Assembly (NCBI GenBank): GCA_043754515.1
Contig: JAYUUO010000280.1
Span: 1-22,985, forward strand
Direction: 5' to 3'
DNA from: Armatimonadota bacterium
GTDB lineage: Bacteria > Armatimonadota > Armatimonadia > Armatimonadales > Armatimonadaceae
Length of the DNA: 22,985 bases
Shown in pieces: positions 1 to 8,107 of the stretch. The translations under genes and the position numbers were made by a program. Each line of letters begins with the position of its first letter. The first letter of the stretch is position 1. Under the pieces are notes generated by a model. It ran no database searches. It worked only from the letters and a program-made list of their open reading frames with translations, and had not been told where the DNA came from.

Positions 1-1
1 G

Positions 2-196
2 GTGTTCGGGCGGTACGGGGTCCGGGACCTGGAGAAGCTGGACGCGGGTTTCCCGCTTGCGACGGCGGCGGGGGACACGCTCACGGTGTCGAAGAACCCG
101 GACGGCACGGTGGACGTGAACGGGGTGCCGGTGTTGCGCGAGGACATCCGCGCCAGCAACGGCGTCAGCCACCCCATCGCCTCCGTGCTCAAGTAG
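2..196 (+). CDS. Fasciclin (FAS1) domain protein, C-terminal part; gene starts upstream of the window
   Basis: Translation ends ...VDVNGVPVLREDIRASNGVSHPIASVLK, matching the FAS1 H2 motif (D-I-x-A-S-N-G-V-I-H-x-I-D-x-V-L). Stop TAG at 194-196. Confidence 0.8.
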   Translation: MFGRYGVRDLEKLDAGFPLATAAGDTLTVSKNPDGTVDVNGVPVLREDIRASNGVSHPIASVLK

Positions 197-213
197 CGCG
201 GGAGACAGACCGG

Positions 214-247
214 GAACCCCACCGCGGCAATAGCCGCGGTGGGGTTC
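214..247. terminator. Probable bidirectional intrinsic terminator between convergent genes
   Basis: Perfect 15-bp stem GAACCCCACCGCGGC (214-228) / GCCGCGGTGGGGTTC (233-247) with a 4-nt loop, followed by TGCTCTTT. Lies between the stops at 196 (+) and 255 (-). Confidence 0.8.
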
Positions 248-254
248 TGCTCTT

Positions 255-914
255 TCAGCGGGCTGGGATCTTGAGCGAGATCGGTAGAGTCGGCGGTGCC
301 CCGCCCGAACCGGCGTGTACTGTGAACTCGCCATGGAATTTGCTCAGCGTCCACCCGCGACTGACAAGATCGAGCGTTAGGTCGCGCCCGCGCACTTTCC
401 CCGTCCCGGTTGGCAGAACGAAATGCACCTCGCCGGGGCAGAAAACCTGCTTTGCGCCGACATTCCAGATCAGCGTCTCGGCGTCCACGCTCAGGTCACG
501 CACTCCGCCGTCGCCGGGGACACGGCAGACTATCTTGCCGCTAACCTGTAGCGTCTTCGCGTTGCGGGAGAAGACGGCGAGTGGGGCCGTGACGAGCGCA
601 CGTAGCCTGCCGCTCGGCGCGTCGAAAAGGCGGGCTTCCACGTTGCCGCGCGCCTCAACGCGGGAGCGGTCGCTACTAATGTCGACCGTGTCCGCCCTCA
701 CCGTCCACTCCTTTCTCGTTCGTGTGTCGTAGCCGGTGAAGGTCGTTTGCACCGTGCGTATCCCCGTGCCAGGCGGGATCCCGCCCGCGCCCCCGCTACC
801 CCCCTGCGTGAAGTGGTGGGGCGCGAGCACGTAGCGTACCCCGAGCGTGATCGCCCCGATCAGGAGCACGATCCCCGCGAAGTTCGCCCAAGGCGTCAGC
901 CGTTCCGTGTTCAT
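255..914 (-). CDS. LptC-like (LPS export / OstA beta-jellyroll) membrane-anchored periplasmic protein
   Basis: One N-terminal TM helix, then repeated beta-strand motifs typical of LptC/OstA folds (WTVRADTV, VTAPLAVFS, LQVSGKIV, VDAETLIWN, VRGRDLTLD). Confidence 0.65.
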   Translation of the reverse strand: MNTERLTPWANFAGIVLLIGAITLGVRYVLAPHHFTQGGSGGAGGIPPGTGIRTVQTTFTGYDTRTRKEWTVRADTVDISSDRSRVEARGNVEARLFDAPSGRLRALVTAPLAVFSRNAKTLQVSGKIVCRVPGDGGVRDLSVDAETLIWNVGAKQVFCPGEVHFVLPTGTGKVRGRDLTLDLVSRGWTLSKFHGEFTVHAGSGGAPPTLPISLKIPAR

Positions 915-946
915 TCGCGCCCCTCCTCACACGATACCAATATAGG

Positions 947-1513
947 CTAGTTCACCCGCGTGACGTCGTTGCCGAGCGTCGGTTTCTCGTTATCGGTCGG
1001 GGGCGGGATGGTTACCGGCGAGAGAGTGTCCGGAGCCGGTAGCACGTTCGACGCGGCGAACTTCTCGTCCATGGTGGTGGCGAACCCGTCTAGTGACCGC
1101 GCCGCCGTTGCGGCGTCCGCGAGAGATAGGTTACCGAGGTCGGTGATCAGCCCGGCGAAGTCCGCGGTCGTGGCGGCGTTCGCGATCTGCGCGGTTCGGA
1201 GCCGCGTGATTGCTTCGGCGACGGTTGCTTTAGCCGCCCCCGTGTCGCCGCGCCCCAGGTCTTTCCGCGCGATGTCGAGCAGACGCCGTGCTTCGAGTTG
1301 GTGTATCTGCGCCTGGTTCGCCTGCACGTCGAGTTGCCCGCCGCGCGCCTTCAGCCGGAAGATTTTGTACAACTCGTAGTTGTGCTGAATCTCGCGTACC
1401 CGCGACCGCATCCCGCTCCCGTACGCCATCGAGAGCGCGAAGATGCTCCCGCCGATTAGAAGAACCTGCCGAACCTGTTTCTGCGTGGTTGCCATGTTTC
1501 GTGTGCCTGCCAT
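947..1513 (-). CDS. Hypothetical membrane-anchored helical protein
   Basis: 188-aa ORF co-oriented with dnaB and the lptC-like gene. Hydrophobic segment VLLIGGSIFALSMAYG, Ala-rich helical body, Pro-rich tail. Alternative start at 1495. Confidence 0.65.
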   Translation of the reverse strand: MAGTRNMATTQKQVRQVLLIGGSIFALSMAYGSGMRSRVREIQHNYELYKIFRLKARGGQLDVQANQAQIHQLEARRLLDIARKDLGRGDTGAAKATVAEAITRLRTAQIANAATTADFAGLITDLGNLSLADAATAARSLDGFATTMDEKFAASNVLPAPDTLSPVTIPPPTDNEKPTLGNDVTRVN

Positions 1514-1658
1514 GAAATAGTTACCGTTCCGCGCCTATTTTACCGCGTCCGCGTGGCGGCGGGGAGTGGCGTGAATCGGGCAAATCCGGCGAGCGGTCCC
1601 GCGCGGCGCGAATAACCCGCACATGTCGGGGCGGGCCGTCGGAAGACGAATCCATTCC

Positions 1659-3917
1659 CTAGAACGGGCTATCCTCGCGATTCGCGAGGTTGTCGAAGCG
1701 GGCGAAGCGCGCCAGAAACGACACCTTGACCGTGCCGACGGGACCGTTACGGTGCTTGGCAATGATGACCTCGGCTTCTTCACCCTCGTACTCGCCGGGC
1801 CGACCTCCGTCACCGCCCCCGCCGCCCTGCGACCCGTCGTCCGCGCGGATCTCCTGCTTGCGCTCGTAGTAGGCGGGGCGGTAGATGAACGACACCAGAT
1901 CCGCCTCCGCCTCAATACTGCCCGAATCGCGCAGATCCGACAGCATGGGACGTTTGTCCTCGCGCCGTTCCACCGCGCGAGACAACTGCGCGAGCGCGAT
2001 CACCGGCACGCGCATCTCGCGGGCGATGTTTTTCAAGCCGCGAGAAATCTCCGTAATCTCCTCGTTGCGGTTCGCGTTACTGCGCCCCGAGCCGCGCATG
2101 AGTTGCAAGTAGTCCACGATCACCAAGTCAAGCCCCTGCTCCGCGCGGAGGCGGCGACACTTCGCGCGCATCTCGAGCGGCCCCATATCGGTCGTGTCGT
2201 CAATAAAAATGTTCGCGTCCCAGAGCCGCTGAATCGCGCCCGCCAGCCGGTCCCAGTCGTCGTCCTGGAGGAAGCCGGTGCGCAACTTGTGCGCGTCAAC
2301 GCGCGCTTCGGAGCAAATCATGCGCTGTACCAGCTGCTCGCGGCTCATTTCGAGCGAGAACAGCGCGACGGTCTTCCGCTCGCCGTTGGGGCCGGCTTTC
2401 AGGGCAACATTCTGCCCGATGCCGACCGCGAGGCTCGTGTTATGCACGAAAATATCCTGCGCGATGAAGTTCGCCCCATCGGGCACGCTTAAGTCATAGA
2501 CGGAGTGCTCGCCGATAGGCTCAATGGAGACGATTTCGTCCCAGTAAACATCCGTCGAGGCGGCAGGGCACAGGTCGTCGTCGCCCAATACGCCAGCGAT
2601 CCGAGCCAACTGTTCGCGGTCGAACAGATACGGCGCGTGGGGATTAGTATTGACATGCGGCGCGTCAACGTCCTCACCGACACGCCGCGCTAGTTCGCAG
2701 GCGTACCAGCCGCGTTCGGCGAGCCGTGCCCCGATGTACCGCCCGATCTCGCGCGGTAGGCAATCGTCCTGCCGGTGCCGTGCCCCGTATTCCGCCTCCT
2801 TCGCCCCCGGTAACAGCTGACCGGGATGCTCGAACCTATCTCCGACGACGTTCCCGCGACCGGCACTAGCCAGGGGCGTGCGCGTGACGGCGATGGCCAT
2901 CCCCGGCGTTATGTCGTGGAGCGGCGTCCAACCCGCCCCCGTCAGGAACGGGTGGTGCCCCGTCACCTCCACGAAACGCCCGGTCCGCGTCGTCACCCGC
3001 CAGCACGACTGTACGCCGCTGTCAACCCAGCCCGACACGGGCGACACGCCGATCGCGCCGTCGTCGCCGAGGCGGAACACCGTTTTCTGCTTTCGCTCGA
3101 CCGCTTCTTTGATCGTCACCCGGTCGCCGGTGGCGGGGTCAACGATCCAGTTGTCCCACTTGACACACTTCCCCATTGACGGGCGGGCAGCAATGATGAT
3201 CAGGTCGCCGTCCTGGAACCCGGACGTCATGTAGTTGAAGTCCTCGAACCCGGTGTCGAGTCCGGTGATCATGCCCTTCTCGTGGTACGCGACGTCCACC
3301 TGCTCGAACGCCTCATTGAGGAGCGGACGCAGCGGCATGAAGCCCTGCGCGGAGCGCTTGCGGGCCACCTCGAAGATGGCGCGTTCCGCCATGTCTACCA
3401 CGGTGTCTACTTCGTCCACCTCGCCGTACGCCATGCCCGCGATGCGCGAGGCGGCCTCGATCAGACGGCGCAGGAGTGCCTTGTCGCGCACGATCTGCGC
3501 GTGATAATGCAGGTTCGCAGTTGTCGGAACGAACTCGCCGAGTTGCATCAGGTAGCCGATGCCGCCGATATTTTCCAGCACGCCGCGCCGCCCGAGTTCG
3601 TCCTTGAGCGTGATGATGTCCACCGGCTCGTCTTTTTCCGCGAGATGGAGCATCCCGTCGAAGATCTGCCCGTGCGCGTCGCGGTAGAAATCGTCGCGGC
3701 TGATCAGCTCCGACGCCCGCTCCACCGCGCCGCGCTCGCCGAGCATCATCGCGCCCAGCACGGCGATCTCGGCCTCAATATTCTGCGGCGGGACGCGGCC
3801 GCCGAAGGCGTCGCTCCCCTCACCCGCTGTGCCGAAGCCACGGCGCGGCGGCCGGTTGCCGCCGCCCGCGCCGCCCGTGCCTGGTATCCCGTTATCAATA
3901 TCCCGAAAGCGATCCAT
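1659..3917 (-). CDS. dnaB: Replicative DNA helicase DnaB, intein-containing (752-aa precursor, ~509 aa after splicing)
   Basis: PPQNIEAEIAVLG N-terminus, Walker A ARPSMGK|T split by an intein, FSLEM, IVDYLQLM, QLSRAVERR, RDSGSIEAEAD, IIAKHRNGPVG. Start placed at ATG 3917 (MDRFRD) with TATAAC 12 nt upstream; the ORF-track extension to 4196 runs through repeat DNA. Confidence 0.97.
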   Translation of the reverse strand: MDRFRDIDNGIPGTGGAGGGNRPPRRGFGTAGEGSDAFGGRVPPQNIEAEIAVLGAMMLGERGAVERASELISRDDFYRDAHGQIFDGMLHLAEKDEPVDIITLKDELGRRGVLENIGGIGYLMQLGEFVPTTANLHYHAQIVRDKALLRRLIEAASRIAGMAYGEVDEVDTVVDMAERAIFEVARKRSAQGFMPLRPLLNEAFEQVDVAYHEKGMITGLDTGFEDFNYMTSGFQDGDLIIIAARPSMGKCVKWDNWIVDPATGDRVTIKEAVERKQKTVFRLGDDGAIGVSPVSGWVDSGVQSCWRVTTRTGRFVEVTGHHPFLTGAGWTPLHDITPGMAIAVTRTPLASAGRGNVVGDRFEHPGQLLPGAKEAEYGARHRQDDCLPREIGRYIGARLAERGWYACELARRVGEDVDAPHVNTNPHAPYLFDREQLARIAGVLGDDDLCPAASTDVYWDEIVSIEPIGEHSVYDLSVPDGANFIAQDIFVHNTSLAVGIGQNVALKAGPNGERKTVALFSLEMSREQLVQRMICSEARVDAHKLRTGFLQDDDWDRLAGAIQRLWDANIFIDDTTDMGPLEMRAKCRRLRAEQGLDLVIVDYLQLMRGSGRSNANRNEEITEISRGLKNIAREMRVPVIALAQLSRAVERREDKRPMLSDLRDSGSIEAEADLVSFIYRPAYYERKQEIRADDGSQGGGGGDGGRPGEYEGEEAEVIIAKHRNGPVGTVKVSFLARFARFDNLANREDSPF
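2439..3167 (-). mobile_element. Intein in the DnaB P-loop (GK|C...HN|T), 243 aa, no homing endonuclease
   Basis: Begins with Cys (codon 3165-3167) directly after GK. Block B VTGHHPFLT, block F VYDLSVPDGANFIA, ends VHN (Asn 2439-2441) followed by extein Thr. No LAGLIDADG motif is visible. Confidence 0.95.
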
Positions 3918-3929
3918 GTGTAGACCCTT

Positions 3930-3935
3930 GTTATA
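3930..3935 (-). promoter_or_regulatory. Putative sigma70 -10 element (TATAAC) for dnaB
   Basis: Minus strand reads GTGCTG-TATAAC-AAGGGTCTACAC-ATG. Similar hexamers precede several other starts in this window. Confidence 0.4.
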
Positions 3936-3993
3936 CAGCACGCGCGGGGGTAGCGGCGACGTTGGTTTGGGTTGTCGCCGCTTCGTCGCCCCC

Positions 3994-4129
3994 CGCTGTG
4001 TCGTGTCCCTCTCCCCATGTGCCATGAGAAAGGGGGAATCTATTCGTGGGGCGGACAATGGGTCATGCGGCTCTCCCCTATCTCCCGAGGGTGTCCCACA
4101 TGTCACGGGGAGAGACGCACGACATGGCG
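3994..4129. repeat. Degenerate REP-like palindromic repeat cluster, same family as 17069-17320
   Basis: 4007-4036 CCCTCTCCCCATGTGCCATGAGAAAGGGGG is near-identical to 17112-17140 CCCTCTCCCCATGTGCCATGGAGAAAGGG. 4062-4078 pairs with 4107-4123 (15/17), and 3994-4016 pairs with 4107-4129 (18/23). Confidence 0.75.
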
Positions 4130-4201
4130 GCGGGCGGGGCGGATCAGTAGGCAACCTCGCCCAGCCGCGCCCGCACCCAACAGGGTAAACTAACATTCGC
4201 T

Positions 4202-5097
4202 TTGAAACTCAACATTATCTATGGCGTGGACTTCAGCGGGGCGCGACTCGCGGGCAAGAACACCTGGGTCGCGCGGCTCGAACCGACGATGACGGGCGAC
4301 GCGCCCCTGCGCCTCGTCCACCTCACCGCGCTCGAAACGCTGGCGGGCACCGCCGAACGCGCGCCCGCGCTCGCGCATCTGGGCACCCTAATTCAAGGCT
4401 CGGACGCCGCACTCTGGGCACTCGACTCCCCCTTCGGCTTGCCTATCGAGGTTATGTAGCCGGGCGCGGGCTGGGCGCGGCAGTTCCGCTTCCTGCGCGA
4501 TTACAAGCACGATGCCTACGCCGTCGGGCTGGAATGCGTGCGACGGGCGCGGCTCTTAGGCGATGCCCTGCACATCCGCCGCGCCACGGACCGGGAGAAC
4601 AAGGCACCCTTCGACTCGTACCACTACCGGATTATCTACCAGACATTCCACGGCATGTGGGACATCCTGCGACCGTTGCGGCGCGATTTGGACACCGTTA
4701 TCCTGCCGTTCCGCGCGCACCGGCTGGCGTCTGCGAAACGCGTGCTGGTCGAGGCATGCCCGGCGTCAACGCTCAAGCGGATGGGCTTGCCGTTCCAGAA
4801 CTACAAAGAGCCGGGCGGTGGGTCGCTGGGCGCGAAGCGGCTCCGCCCGCGCTGGGAGATTCTGGACGGTCTCACGGCGTTCGTGGCCCTCTCCAAGACG
4901 CAACGGGGCGAATCATGCGCAACGGGGGCGGGGACGCGCTGGACGCCGTGATCGCGGGCGTCGGCGCGGCGGACGCGCTGGGGTTGGTCGGGCGGGAGGT
5001 GTCCATGCCCTGTGCGCAAAGGCCCACGTCGGCGTATGCGTCCGCCGTGCGCGAGACGAAAGCACGCTATCTCTGCGAAGGGAAGCAATACATTTGA
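4202..5097 (+). pseudogene. DUF429-like (RNase H-fold predicted nuclease) pseudogene with an internal stop and a frameshift
   Basis: N-terminal IYGVDFSGA and ALDSPFGLP; in-frame TAG at 4457-4459; the same frame continues to VLVEACPASTL. C-terminal GDALDAVIAGVGA...EGKQYI is in another frame, restored by one extra G in the GGGG run at 4905-4908. Confidence 0.8.
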
Positions 5098-5131
5098 GGG
5101 GGTTGGGTCATGCGCGTGACCCAACCCCCTC
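5096..5131. terminator. Strong hairpin between the convergent DUF429-like gene and rplI
   Basis: Perfect 15-bp stem GAGGGGGTTGGGTCA (5096-5110) / TGACCCAACCCCCTC (5117-5131) with a 6-nt loop. A second hairpin lies at 5143-5177 (core GGGCGCGG/CCGCGCCC). No clear U-tract. Confidence 0.6.
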
Positions 5132-5192
5132 GTGACCGACGCGGTATGGGCGCGGATGCCAAACCCGCGCCCGTGCCACTGCTCTCAAAGAA

Positions 5193-5642
5193 CTAAGCCG
5201 CTTTAGCAACCTCGATCGTGAAGGGCACGGTGATGTCGCGATGCAGCTTCAGGCCGATGCTGTAGGAACCGAGCGACTTGATCGTGTCGGTCATCTGGAT
5301 CTTGCGCTTGTCAACCGCGACCCCGAACGTAGACAGCACCGCCGCCGCGATGTCCTCAGTGGTGATCGAGCCGTAAAGCCGGTCGTTAGTGCCGACGCGG
5401 GCCACGATGGTCACGCTCTTGTCGCGGAGCGTTTCGGCGTCCGTCTCGGCCTGGGCCTTGAGCTGATCGGCTTTCTTCTCCTCTAAACCCCGGCGCCGTT
5501 CGATGACGCGGAGCGCGGAAGCGGTCGCGGGCATGGCGAGTGAGCGGGGGAACAGGTAGTTGCGGAAGAACCCGTTAGCGACCGTAACGACGTCGCCTTC
5601 GCGCCCGACTTTGACAACGTCCTGCTGCATAATAACTTTCAT
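5193..5642 (-). CDS. rplI: 50S ribosomal protein L9
   Basis: MKVIMQQDVVKVGREGDVVTVANGFFRNYLFP, RLYGSITTEDIA, IKSLGSYSIGLKLH; 149 aa; SD GAAGGA upstream. Confidence 0.98.
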   Translation of the reverse strand: MKVIMQQDVVKVGREGDVVTVANGFFRNYLFPRSLAMPATASALRVIERRRGLEEKKADQLKAQAETDAETLRDKSVTIVARVGTNDRLYGSITTEDIAAAVLSTFGVAVDKRKIQMTDTIKSLGSYSIGLKLHRDITVPFTIEVAKAA

Positions 5643-5707
5643 CTGATACTGTTTTCCTTCGTAACAATGGTTCCGGCATGCGAGCGGCTTTATGCCGGTC
5701 GGCGCGC

Positions 5708-7270
5708 CTACTGGCGAATCTGTACGCCGATCACGGCGCGATTATCGTGGGACAAATCGTCCACCCCGAACAGAAGACTTTGCGTCCGCTCCCGGTTCAA
5801 ATACAATTTGGCGCGGGCATTGCCGGTCAAGCGGTTCGGGTCGTAAAGATCGAACCGGAAGTCGAGCGGCCCGACTGATTTGTCCAGCCCTAGCCCGAAC
5901 TTCCCGGCTACCAAACCATACCGGTACGCTAAATCCGTGTCGCCGCCTCTGCCGAGTGCCTGTCCTATTTGGAGATTAATTTGGTTCCGCTCCGTCAAGT
6001 CATACAAGCCCGCGCGGTAAAAGCGACCGCTCATTCCCGTGCGCAACGTGTAATTCACGTCCGCGCGAAAACGCGGGTTCGTTGTATCATAAAAATTGTC
6101 GAACGCCAACCCCGGTTCGATCAGCGAGGTCGCGGCGGCGCGTCTGGGCGGCGCGGGCGTGGCGTCCCGGTCGCGCGTACGCCGCCGCTCGCCGGGGAAC
6201 TTGATCGTTTCTACCCGCGCGGCGACGTTTTTGATGCTCTCCGTCGTGTCTTTCAGATTCGCCACCGTGTCGCGCAGATCCGCCGTCAGGCGCGGGTCGC
6301 CGGTCAGCCGCTCGATGTTGCCCGTGGTTGCCTCCAGCCGCGCCGTCGTCGCGGCGAGGTTCGTAGTGGTGTCCGACAGATTCTTGCGGAGCGCGGGGTC
6401 ATTGACCAGTTCCCCCGCCTGTTTGAGTAGCCCGGCAAGCCCGCTCGCGGATTCGTCAACCGACTGGAGCAGACTTTTCAACGTCGCGCGGTTCTCCTGC
6501 AACGTGCCGTTTAGGTTGCTCGTCAGAGTCTCGCCATTCTTGGCGATGCGACTGCCGCTGACCGCCGCCGCGTCCAGGTCGGTGAGCAGACGCCGCGTTT
6601 GGCCCGACAGCGCGGTCAACTGACCCTCTGCGTTGCTGGCGAGGCGCGGGAGCGAGGCGGTGACTTGCGGGAGCGATTTGGTCGCCTCCTTCAGGTCGGA
6701 CGTGATCGCCTCGACGTTCGCGAGCGTTTTGCGTAGTGCCTGCTTTTGCGCCGGGTCGTTCAGGTTGTCGAGCAGTTGTCCCGATTTCGCGGTGAGGCTC
6801 TGCGCCGACTGGAGCGTCTTCTTCAGTTCGGGGATCAGCGTCGAGCCGGACGCCAGTAGCGTTTGCAAATCGGCTTGCGCCTCGCCGCGCACCCGGTCGC
6901 CGTTCTTGAGCGGTTCCGCCGCGGGATTACCCGGCACGATGTTCAGGAGCGACGTGTTGCCGAGGACGCTGCCCTGCACGACGAAGTGCGAGTCCACCGG
7001 CACCGGGTACGTCTTGTCCAGACGCACCTGCACTTCGGCTTCCTGCTGGGCGTTGAGCGTGGTCCTGTAGATGCTCCCGACCCGGACGCCCGACATGCGC
7101 ACCTCGCTACCCTCCTGCACCCCGTGCGCGTCCTGGAACACGGCGGTGACCGTGAGGCTCTTGCCGTTCGCCAGTTGCGCCGAAAGGAACAGCATGGCGA
7201 AAACAAATCCGGCGATGCCCACGACCGACGCGATGCCGACGGTGAAAAAATAGCGAATGGTTGGTGTCAT
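5708..7270 (-). CDS. mlaD: MlaD/MCE-family protein, long form (TM + MCE + helical stalk + C-terminal beta-rich domain)
   Basis: N-terminal TM; MCE motifs FQDAHGVQEGSEVRMSGVRVGSI and SVLGNTSLLNIVPG; ~200-aa heptad-rich region; ~135-aa C-terminal alternating beta-strand domain. Confidence 0.9.
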   Translation of the reverse strand: MTPTIRYFFTVGIASVVGIAGFVFAMLFLSAQLANGKSLTVTAVFQDAHGVQEGSEVRMSGVRVGSIYRTTLNAQQEAEVQVRLDKTYPVPVDSHFVVQGSVLGNTSLLNIVPGNPAAEPLKNGDRVRGEAQADLQTLLASGSTLIPELKKTLQSAQSLTAKSGQLLDNLNDPAQKQALRKTLANVEAITSDLKEATKSLPQVTASLPRLASNAEGQLTALSGQTRRLLTDLDAAAVSGSRIAKNGETLTSNLNGTLQENRATLKSLLQSVDESASGLAGLLKQAGELVNDPALRKNLSDTTTNLAATTARLEATTGNIERLTGDPRLTADLRDTVANLKDTTESIKNVAARVETIKFPGERRRTRDRDATPAPPRRAAATSLIEPGLAFDNFYDTTNPRFRADVNYTLRTGMSGRFYRAGLYDLTERNQINLQIGQALGRGGDTDLAYRYGLVAGKFGLGLDKSVGPLDFRFDLYDPNRLTGNARAKLYLNRERTQSLLFGVDDLSHDNRAVIGVQIRQ

Positions 7271-7289
7271 ATGGAGTCCGGGAAGTAGG

Positions 7290-8105
7290 TCAGCGTCGCC
7301 GCGACGCGTGTCCCTGCTGGTTCTGGATGGGGCCTTCGGTGCTACCGGTGATGAACTGTTTCACCACCGGGTCATTGGAGGCTTTGAGTTCGGGCACGGT
7401 TCCATAAAACTGCGCCTTCCCTTCGTAGATCATGAGCACCCGGTCCGCTATCCGGAAGATACTTCCCATGTCGTGCGATACAACAATCGAGGTTACCTGG
7501 TTCCGCTCGCGGGTGCGCAGAATCAGGTCGTCAATGAACGCCGCCGTGACCGGGTCCAGGCCGGAAGTCGGCTCGTCGTACAACACGATCTCCGGCTCAG
7601 TCGCGAGGGCGCGGGCGAGGCCCACCCGCCGCCGCATCCCGCCCGACAGCTCCGACGGCAGCCGTTGCGCCGTCCCCGGTAGCCCCACTTCCTTGAGCCG
7701 CTGGGCTACCATACGCGAGATGGCAAGGCGCGACGAGTGCTTGTACTGCTCGCGTCGCGGCCCGCGCAGGATTCCGAACGCGATATTCTCGTACACAGTC
7801 ATCGAGTCGAAAAGGGCGGCGTACTGGAATACCACGCCCATCTTCGCCCGGTGCGGCACCAGTTCGTCCTCCGACAGGCGCGATGTTTCCGTGCCGTCAA
7901 TGAATATCTCGCCCTGAGTCGGCTGGATTAGACCGGCGATGTTGCGGATCAGCGTGGACTTGCCGCCGCCGGAAATGCCCATCACGCACAATATCTCGGC
8001 GGCGACGATGGACAGGGTGATCCCCTTCAGAATCTCCCGATCCCCGACCGCGAAGTGCAGGTCACGCACCTCGATCTTGGGCTTGGCATCGAAATCCACG
8101 GCCAT
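7290..8105 (-). CDS. mlaF: MlaF/Mkl-type ABC transporter ATP-binding protein
   Basis: Walker A GISGGGKST, VFQYAALFDSMTVYENIAF, signature LSGGMRRRVGLARA, LYDEPTSGLDP, VSHD; located between mlaE and mlaD. Confidence 0.93.
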   Translation of the reverse strand: MAVDFDAKPKIEVRDLHFAVGDREILKGITLSIVAAEILCVMGISGGGKSTLIRNIAGLIQPTQGEIFIDGTETSRLSEDELVPHRAKMGVVFQYAALFDSMTVYENIAFGILRGPRREQYKHSSRLAISRMVAQRLKEVGLPGTAQRLPSELSGGMRRRVGLARALATEPEIVLYDEPTSGLDPVTAAFIDDLILRTRERNQVTSIVVSHDMGSIFRIADRVLMIYEGKAQFYGTVPELKASNDPVVKQFITGSTEGPIQNQQGHASRRR

Positions 8106-8107
8106 AC

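Noticed and set aside
1623..2492. 289-aa plus-strand ORF and similar long shadow ORFs (e.g. 3282-3923, 8055-8663, 14436-15092, 19540-20517)
   Set aside because: These are antisense or alternate-frame shadows of well-supported genes, expected in high-GC DNA, with no recognisable motifs.
2560..2880. Homing endonuclease inside the DnaB intein
   Set aside because: The insert is only ~105 aa and shows no LAGLIDADG or HNH motif.
3918..4196. 93-aa N-terminal extension of DnaB in the ORF track
   Set aside because: Pro/Arg-rich translation of palindromic repeat DNA. DnaB similarity starts after Met at 3917, which has its own -10-like box.
4457..4459. Programmed amber readthrough (pyrrolysine) in the DUF429-like gene
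   Set aside because: The same gene also has a frameshift, no pyl genes are in the window, and TAG is used as a normal stop elsewhere (e.g. 194-196, dnaB, mlaD). Decay or sequence error is simpler.
5673..5698. Terminator between mlaD and rplI (CCGGCAT/ATGCCGG)
   Set aside because: Only a 7-bp stem with a 12-nt loop and no U-tract on the coding strand; too weak to call.
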